This document shows, piece by piece, positions 57,809 through 64,000 of a stretch of DNA of 64,000 bases. The notes under the pieces are model-generated. The model was not told the DNA's origin, ran no database searches, and saw only the letters and a list, made by a program, of their open reading frames with translations. The stretch spans positions 1,440,001 to 1,504,000 of the forward strand of contig CBDFJG010000004.1 of NCBI GenBank assembly GCA_965248445.1, read 5' to 3'. How positions within the stretch are numbered: the stretch's first letter is position 1; each line of letters begins with the position of its first letter. Position numbers and translations under genes: made by a program. The DNA is from Planctomycetota bacterium. Its GTDB lineage: Bacteria > Planctomycetota > JAJSAM01 > JAJVHW01.

Positions 57809-59368
57809 GTGACGAGTCAGGCGACGGAACGAGGCGGCAGGGCGCGACGACTGTGGGTGATCGCGGCCGTCATCGCGCTTTGCGCCGCCTGCAACGACGA
57901 CGGCAAGACACCGGCGAACCCGCCCGCGCTGCCGCCGGCCGACGAGCGGCCGATCGAAGAGCGCGTTCGGGACTGGTGCGCGCAGTGTCATAAGTTCCCG
58001 CAGCCCGGGTCGCTGCCTGCGAAGAAGTGGGCGGCGCAGGTCCGCGCGATGTACGACCTCGCCACGTCGGATCCGCGCATCGAGCCCGAGCCGGACCTGC
58101 GCGAGACGATCCGGTGGTTCGAGAAGCGCGCGCCCCGCGAACTTCGGCTACCGAGATCGCAGGCCGCGAACGGTCCGGGTTCGCTCGTGTTGCGCCGGCA
58201 CGGATGGAAGCCACCGCCGGCCGGACCGGACCCGGCGGTCGCGCTGGTCCACTTCGCCCACCTCGCGGACGCGGATCGCCTCGACCTCGTCATGTGCGAC
58301 ATGCGACACGGCTTCATCCTGCGGATGCGGCCGTCTCGCGACGATGCCGAGTGGCACATGATCGCGCGGGCACCCCATCCCGGCCGCGCCATCGCCGTAG
58401 ACCTGAACGAAGACGGGAACAAGGACCTGCTCGTGGCGGACCTTGCCACGCTGCAGCCGGGCGACACCCGCGACGGGAAGGTGCTGTGGTACGGGGGCAA
58501 GGGGGACGGCTCGTTCGGACAGCCGCTCGTGCTGCTCGCCGGCGTCGGCCGGGTGGCCGACGTGCACGCGAGCGACATCGACGCCGACGGCGATACCGAC
58601 ATCGTGGTGGGCGTGTTCGGCTCGCGCAAGACGGGCAAGCTGCTCGTGCTCGCCAACCGGGGCAAGAAGGACAAGAACGGCATGCCGCTGTTCGACGAGT
58701 GGGTGCTCGACAACAGGCCGGGTGCGATCGACACGCCCGTCGTGGACATGGACGGAGACGGACAGGGCGATGTCGTCGCGCTGATGGCGCAGGAGATCGA
58801 GTCGGTGATCGTCCATCTCTACCGCGGGCCGAACAGCTTCGAGCGTCGCGTCATCTTCGAGGGACCGCACCCCGGTTGGGGGGCGAGCGGCATGGAAGTC
58901 GTCGACGTCGACGGCGATGGCGACTTGGACGTGGTCGTCGTCAACGGCGACACCACGGACGCCTCGGTCGTCCGGCCGGATCACGGCGTGACCTACCTCG
59001 AGAATCGTGGCGAGTATCCGTTCTTCGCACACGATCAATGGAAGCTGCCGGCAGCGTATGCCGTGCGCGCGCGGGACATGGACGCCGACGGGGACATCGA
59101 CATCGTCGCCGCCACGTTCCGTCCGCAGGAGACCGACGAGGACGCCGCGAAGTTCGAGTCTCTCATCTGGCTGGAGCAGACCGAGCCGGGGGAGTTCGCG
59201 CGGTTCTCGCTCGAGTCCGGCAACGGCCATCACATGTGCCTGGACGTCGCGGACTACGACGGAGACGGTGACATGGACATCGTGACCGGGAACGCGACGT
59301 TCCACCCCGAGCGGCCGGGGCCCCCGCTCCCGGACTGGATCTCCGTCTTCGAGAACGTGAGCCGGTAG
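57809..59368 (+). CDS. Lipoprotein with monoheme cytochrome c motif and FG-GAP/VCBS repeats
   Basis: Lipobox CAAC, CAQCH, repeated DxD/NxDGxxD motifs. Confidence 0.85.
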   Translation: MTSQATERGGRARRLWVIAAVIALCAACNDDGKTPANPPALPPADERPIEERVRDWCAQCHKFPQPGSLPAKKWAAQVRAMYDLATSDPRIEPEPDLRETIRWFEKRAPRELRLPRSQAANGPGSLVLRRHGWKPPPAGPDPAVALVHFAHLADADRLDLVMCDMRHGFILRMRPSRDDAEWHMIARAPHPGRAIAVDLNEDGNKDLLVADLATLQPGDTRDGKVLWYGGKGDGSFGQPLVLLAGVGRVADVHASDIDADGDTDIVVGVFGSRKTGKLLVLANRGKKDKNGMPLFDEWVLDNRPGAIDTPVVDMDGDGQGDVVALMAQEIESVIVHLYRGPNSFERRVIFEGPHPGWGASGMEVVDVDGDGDLDVVVVNGDTTDASVVRPDHGVTYLENRGEYPFFAHDQWKLPAAYAVRARDMDADGDIDIVAATFRPQETDEDAAKFESLIWLEQTEPGEFARFSLESGNGHHMCLDVADYDGDGDMDIVTGNATFHPERPGPPLPDWISVFENVSR

Positions 59369-59489
59369 CCCGCGTAGAGGGAGGCTCAGACGGCGTCTCA
59401 GACGGGGGCTCAGGCCGGGATCGAGCGTGGCCGATCAGGAACCTCGGGCGCACGTGCGCCCGTCCAAGCCGCGGAGGTAACCTCTGAAC

Positions 59490-60065
59490 ATGCGCTCGCG
59501 AGTCCCCTCGGCATCCGTGCCCCTCCCCCTGCCTCTGCCCCTGATCCTCGCGCTCGGGCTGGGGGCGCTTGCGTTCGCACCGGACCCTGCTCCGGCGCAG
59601 GACGAGGACGACTTCCCGTTCCTCGAGGATGCGCCCGTCGACAACGACCCGCCGGACGACGACGTGGACGTGGACGGCGACGGCGTGCCGGAGCGCTCCA
59701 CCGATGACTCGACCGAGGCGTACCTGAAGGCCCTCGACCTACAGCGGAAGCGCAAGTGGCGCTCCGCGCAGAAGGCCTTCCAGAAGATGCTCAAGAAGCA
59801 CCCCGAGTCGGTGCACAAGGAAGACGCGCTGAACCGGTCCGAGCCGAACCACTTCGCGGGCGTGACCGTCATCCACGAGAGCGGTCCCTCGTCGCGGCGC
59901 ATCGACGTCGCCGTGATGGGGGACGGCTTCACGCACGAGAAGAGCTCGCAGAAGAAGCAGGAGGACTGGGCCGAGCTCTGCCTGGACGTGCTGTGGAGCG
60001 AGGCGTCGTTCGAGGAGTACAAGGACTACTTCAACTACTACTTCGTGCGTCTCGTCAGCGAGGAC
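59490..60065 (+). pseudogene. Secreted peptidase M64-like protein truncated by IS66
   Basis: Signal peptide, TPR-like helix, then RRIDVAVMGDGFT...FEEYKDYFNY...S (start of an M64 domain). No HExxH before the IS end at 60066. Confidence 0.7.
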
Positions 60066-61565
60066 GTAACCGTTCACCCCTTGACAGCGTGTGAGCCTCA
60101 GCGTGCGAGGGGCAGCGGGACCATGACGGGCGGGTCGGCGCCGGTGAGGTGCGCGGCGACCGAGTCGGCGAGGAAGTCGAAGACTTGGTCGCCACGGCGT
60201 CGCAGCGTGGCCGCGGCGGTCAACACGCGCTCGGCGAAGCGGAGTCCGCGAGCGGACTGGCTTCCGAAGGAGCCCTTGCGCCAGAGCACCGCTTTGCGGA
60301 CCGCGCGCTCGGCGGCGTTGTTCGTCGGACTCACGTCCTGGGTCCGCGCATAGGTGAAGAGGGCGACCACGCGGGGGCGCAGATGGTTGGCCAGAGCCGA
60401 GTCGTCGTTCGCGATCAGTCGCTCGAGCCGTCCGCGCAGCACAGCGGCTTCGCCTTGCAGCCGGTCACGGTCGCCGTGCTCACCGAAGAGCCGGTAGCTG
60501 CGCATGACCGACTGCGCGATCATGACGCCCTTGTTGCCGAAGCGGCGATGTCCTCGCGGGCCTTCGGCCAGCGCACGGAAGGCGCGCTCGATGTGCGCCC
60601 AGCAGAGCTGGCGGCGGGCAAGTGGGTGTGACTCGTAGGCACCCATCCGGTCGCTGATCACCGTGCCACCGAAGCGCCGCCCGATCAGCCGCCCTTTCGC
60701 CTTGGCACTGCGGCGGCGATCGATCCCGAAGGCTGTGGCGTGCTCGCTCTCCGCCGCCCACAGCCAGCACACCCGGCCCCGTTCCTTCCACGACGTCTCG
60801 TCCACGTTGGCTCGCAGCGACGTGCGGACTGCCCCGAGGGCTTCGAGGTACGACGAGTGCAGAGCGTCACTGAGCCGACGCTCACAGTCGCTGATCTTGC
60901 CCAGCGACATCTTCACACCGAAGATCTCACCGAGCAGCCGCTGCGTCTCCCGCACGCTCACGCGGTACACGCCGCGCAGCGCGCCGGCAAGTGTGGTCAG
61001 CCGCGGACCGAAGGCCCCGGTCGGCACGCCATCGGGCAGGACCGCCGTCGTGACCGCACGACAGCGCCGGCACCGCGCCTTGTGCAGCCGGTGCTCCCGC
61101 ACCGTGACGAGCACGCGCGGGAGCACCGTCACCTGGTGCCGGTACGGATCGCCGATGCCCTGCTCGAGATCGTCGTGTCCGCACGCGTCGCAGAGGTCGG
61201 GACGGTGCTCCTTGGTCTCATCGACGTTGGACGGATCCACCAGCTCGCGCGCCGTGCCCTCATGGCCCGGCTGTCCGCCCTGCTTGCGACCGCTACGCGG
61301 CCTTCGGCCGCGACGGCGCTTGGACCACGCCGGGTCCGACGACGGAGGCCTCGAGCTGTTGCGGGAGTCACGCTTCAGACGCGACTCGAGCTCGTCGATG
61401 CGGCGCAGATGCTTCGCTTCGCGACGCTCCAGCTCCTCGATCCAGGCCAGAAGGCCCTCGACCATCGCCCGCAGATCCTCGTCCTGCCGCTCGCCCACAA
61501 CATCTTGATCGACCGATGGCCGAACGATCTGGATCCTGGCTCGCGACGAAGGGGTGAACGGTTAC
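60066..61565 (-). mobile_element. IS66-family element, single-ORF (ISBst12-like)
   Basis: Perfect 17-bp TIRs GTAACCGTTCACCCCTT / AAGGGGTGAACGGTTAC. Flanking 8-mers differ (GCGAGGAC vs GGCCAGCG). Confidence 0.93.
60098..61498 (-). CDS. IS66 transposase TnpC
   Basis: DSRNSSRPPSSD, GGQPGHEG, CDACG...CRRC, VDETSW, ISDRMGAY, QLCWAH, TNNAAERAVR. Confidence 0.95.
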   Translation of the reverse strand: MGERQDEDLRAMVEGLLAWIEELERREAKHLRRIDELESRLKRDSRNSSRPPSSDPAWSKRRRGRRPRSGRKQGGQPGHEGTARELVDPSNVDETKEHRPDLCDACGHDDLEQGIGDPYRHQVTVLPRVLVTVREHRLHKARCRRCRAVTTAVLPDGVPTGAFGPRLTTLAGALRGVYRVSVRETQRLLGEIFGVKMSLGKISDCERRLSDALHSSYLEALGAVRTSLRANVDETSWKERGRVCWLWAAESEHATAFGIDRRRSAKAKGRLIGRRFGGTVISDRMGAYESHPLARRQLCWAHIERAFRALAEGPRGHRRFGNKGVMIAQSVMRSYRLFGEHGDRDRLQGEAAVLRGRLERLIANDDSALANHLRPRVVALFTYARTQDVSPTNNAAERAVRKAVLWRKGSFGSQSARGLRFAERVLTAAATLRRRGDQVFDFLADSVAAHLTGADPPVMVPLPLAR

Positions 61566-62363
61566 GGCCAGCGCGGTCTTCGAGGACGGTTTACAGATCG
61601 TGATGTGATCGGCGTCCATGGGGATCGGGACGACCCCAGCCATGCCCGGATCCGCCGACCCTTCGTCGACGACGCGCAGGCCCGCGATGTTCTGCGTCTC
61701 GAAGTAGACCTGCGTCGCGATGCCCAACTTGCCGGCGTTGGCGCGATACCACTGGTTGAGAGAGCGGAGTGCGGGATCGTGGGCCTTCAGTCCGTCTATC
61801 GAGACGCTCGGGCGGAGCAGAACGGCCGGCAGCTTCTCGACGAACGTGGCGATGCCCGATCCGGTGTGCGGCGTCGAGAGGAAGACGATTCCCTTCGTCT
61901 GATCCACGATCGCGCCCCACTTCGGGTCGTCACTGAAGTCGGACGCCTGCCGGAGGAGTTCCTTTGCGAGCAGCCCGCCCATGCTGTGGGAGATGAAGAG
62001 TACCGGCCGCGCTCCGAGGCCGTGCGCGGCGAGCAGGGCGAGCGTGTTGGTCGCGCGGTCCGTGAGCGGCATCGCGCGGCCTCTCCAGTCGGAGGAACTC
62101 ACGGCGTAGCCCAGCGTCCACACGCGTAGTTGCGGGTGGTCCTCGGCGACCCAGCGCGGCCAGAAGTCGTCTGGCCTCTCGTCCGGATGCCACGACGCGA
62201 CGGGGTCCCCGTCGAGGCCGTGCACGAAGACGAGGTCAGCGGTGTACTCCGCTCCGTGCCGCTGGGCCACCGGCATGAGCCGCGATTCCGAAGACGCTTC
62301 GGCGGGCCGGAACCCGCGCAGCGTCCAGCGCACGACCTGCTTCAGTCGCTCTCTCACGCCCAT
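61566..62363 (-). pseudogene. SERAC1/DUF676-like alpha/beta hydrolase, C-terminus cut by IS66
   Basis: VFVHGLDGD, FWPRW, nucleophile elbow SHSMGG, FLSTPHTGS, DADHITICKP. The frame enters the IS TIR directly afterwards. Confidence 0.8.
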
Positions 62364-62508
62364 CGTCGGTTGCTCTCCCCCCCGAGTCGAGCGGTGGCGA
62401 GCCTACCGGTCGGCGCAGGTCGGCGACAGCGTCACGTCGCGCTCGGAGCCTGGGACGCGCACGGAACCGCCTCGCGCCTCGCCGAGCCTCCTGCGCAAGG
62501 CGGGTACG

Positions 62509-63474
62509 ATGACCCCGATGAGACCCCGCCACGCCCTCGGCGCCCTCCTCGCACTCGGGGCCCTCACCACGCTCACGGCCTGCGGCGACGACCCCCTCGC
62601 CCCCCTCCCCGCACCCGCTGCCAACGGCGACTCCCCCGGCGGCATGACTCCGGTCGCTGACGACGGCGGCGCGGCACCCGTGGACCCCCCGCCTCGCCCG
62701 CTGACCAAAGAGGAACTCGAAGCCGGCCGTAAGCGCGCCGCCGCAGTCCGCGAGGACATGAACCGTCTGGGCCGCGAGCTGCTCGCCTCGTTCGAGGGCC
62801 GCACCTACAGCCCCGTCAAGAACGTCGGCGTCACCTACGCCGAGGGCCGCGTCATGGTCAAGACAGCGGGCGTCGAGGCGACGTACGCGTTCACGTTCGA
62901 CGCGAGCAAGGACCTCGATCAGCGCACGATCGTCACGCGCACCGACAAGTCAAAGGACGGCACCAAGCGCCCGAACGTCCCCACCGGCACCGCGAAGCAG
63001 ATCTCTGACTTCGCGCAGCTGTCACTGAATGGCGCGTACCGCTTCGTCGTCAACTACCTGCCGCCGACGCAGGTCCTGTTGACCCCTGCGAAGAAGGGCA
63101 CGAACAAGGTCGTCACCGCGCAGCAGCACAAGCACCCGATCCAGACCTCGTACAGCGTGGACGAGCGCGACCTCGTCGTGATCCGCGGCACGAGCGTGCG
63201 GACCCAGAGCGAGATCGTCTACTTCGCATGGGAGGAGTGGCGCGGCCGCTACCTCCTCAAGGAGACGACCTTCCACGGCACCGACGCCGTCACCGAACTC
63301 GAGTACGAGGAGACCGATGACGCGGTCCTCCTCTCCCGCGCCAAGATCCGCAAGGACGGCGCAGGCTGGGACGCGACGTTCACCTACGACCGCATCGATC
63401 GCGACGACCCGGAGGATCCGCTCCAGGCCGAGATCAAGGTCGTGCCGCCGCCCGAGGAAGACGACGGGAAGTAG
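62509..63474 (+). CDS. Hypothetical lipoprotein
   Basis: Lipobox LTAC, Pro-rich linker, beta-rich body. Confidence 0.8.
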   Translation: MTPMRPRHALGALLALGALTTLTACGDDPLAPLPAPAANGDSPGGMTPVADDGGAAPVDPPPRPLTKEELEAGRKRAAAVREDMNRLGRELLASFEGRTYSPVKNVGVTYAEGRVMVKTAGVEATYAFTFDASKDLDQRTIVTRTDKSKDGTKRPNVPTGTAKQISDFAQLSLNGAYRFVVNYLPPTQVLLTPAKKGTNKVVTAQQHKHPIQTSYSVDERDLVVIRGTSVRTQSEIVYFAWEEWRGRYLLKETTFHGTDAVTELEYEETDDAVLLSRAKIRKDGAGWDATFTYDRIDRDDPEDPLQAEIKVVPPPEEDDGK

Positions 63475-64000
63475 CTGCGGGCGGCGCGTTGGCGGTGGTC
63501 GCGTGGACGCCGAGCGGGGCGCGGGGTCGCTGTAACCTCTTGGGATGCCGTGCCTTACGGCGGATCCTCGCCCTGGCCGATGCGAGCGTTCCTGCCGCTT
63601 GAGCCAGCCTCGCCCCGAGCCTATGCGGCTCAAGTTCGCTAGCCGATTCGATCGATCTTCGATCGGAGGTTCCTCTCGGTTTTGAGCGACGCAGAGAAGC
63701 GCGTCAGCGCGAGACGGTACGAGTTGTCCGGAGCGTTCGCCTCGCAGGCGCGCGGAGTCTCGCCGAACGCCGTCGCTTGCGGGGAGCCGGCATTCGCCCG
63801 GTGGGATCGAATCGCTGCAGACGACGTCGCGACAGAGGCACCTGACGCGGACGTCCCCCTTTGCGGCCCGCGGGCCGAGCAACGCGCGCTACTCCACCTC
63901 TGTCACCCCGCGATACCGACGCCCCTCGGACTCATCTACACGGGTACCTCGGTCGTCGCGTTCAGCGAGTTCCGTCAGGGAGTTCCACTCCTTGACGCCG

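Noticed and set aside
61581..61587. CGAGGAC matching the left IS66 flank
   Set aside because: It lies 15 bp away from the TIR inside conserved hydrolase codons, so it is not a target duplication.
63475..64000. Terminal region: 63022-63882 minus ORF and a short open frame ending near 63889
   Set aside because: No motifs and largely antisense to the lipoprotein; at most the 3' tip of a gene outside the window.

Overview
This is a high-GC bacterial chromosome segment. The gene repertoire (TIGR02999-type ECF sigma factor coupled to a Ser/Thr kinase-WD40 protein, many Lys-rich secreted HEAT/FG-GAP/FGE proteins, LPS genes) suggests Planctomycetota, which is an inference. Contents from left to right: (1) the edge of a prophage-like block of translationally coupled small ORFs (1-1.5 kb); (2) rho with a long Gly/Arg-rich N-terminal extension; (3) RNase P RNA, head-to-head with an archaeal/eukaryotic-type Pus10 tRNA pseudouridine synthase; (4) a GNAT, a hybrid histidine kinase, a glutaryl-CoA-type dehydrogenase and a heterodimeric ABC exporter; (5) a highly structured 730-nt intergenic region with a candidate sRNA; (6) FGE-domain and LysM proteins; (7) an LPS lipid A/core cluster (lpxK, DHS-like protein, hldE, gmhB-adenylyltransferase fusion, tandem WaaP-like kinase, glycosyltransferases, waaF, EamA) interrupted by IS1380; (8) moxR, udk, a class III aminotransferase, pyrBI, an FHA-GAF histidine kinase, parA, a HEAT protein, truD and the ECF-STK pair; (9) vapBC and a cytochrome c/FG-GAP lipoprotein; (10) an IS66 without target duplication joining two truncated genes. 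The best leads are the bacterial Pus10 next to rnpB, the candidate sRNA with its operator-like palindrome, tandem NrdR-like boxes in front of non-RNR genes, the duplicated heptose-activation module with a DHS-like partner, and dispersed hairpin repeats with compensatory base changes. Three single-base frameshifts look like assembly errors. All calls come from reading motifs by eye; no database searches were run.
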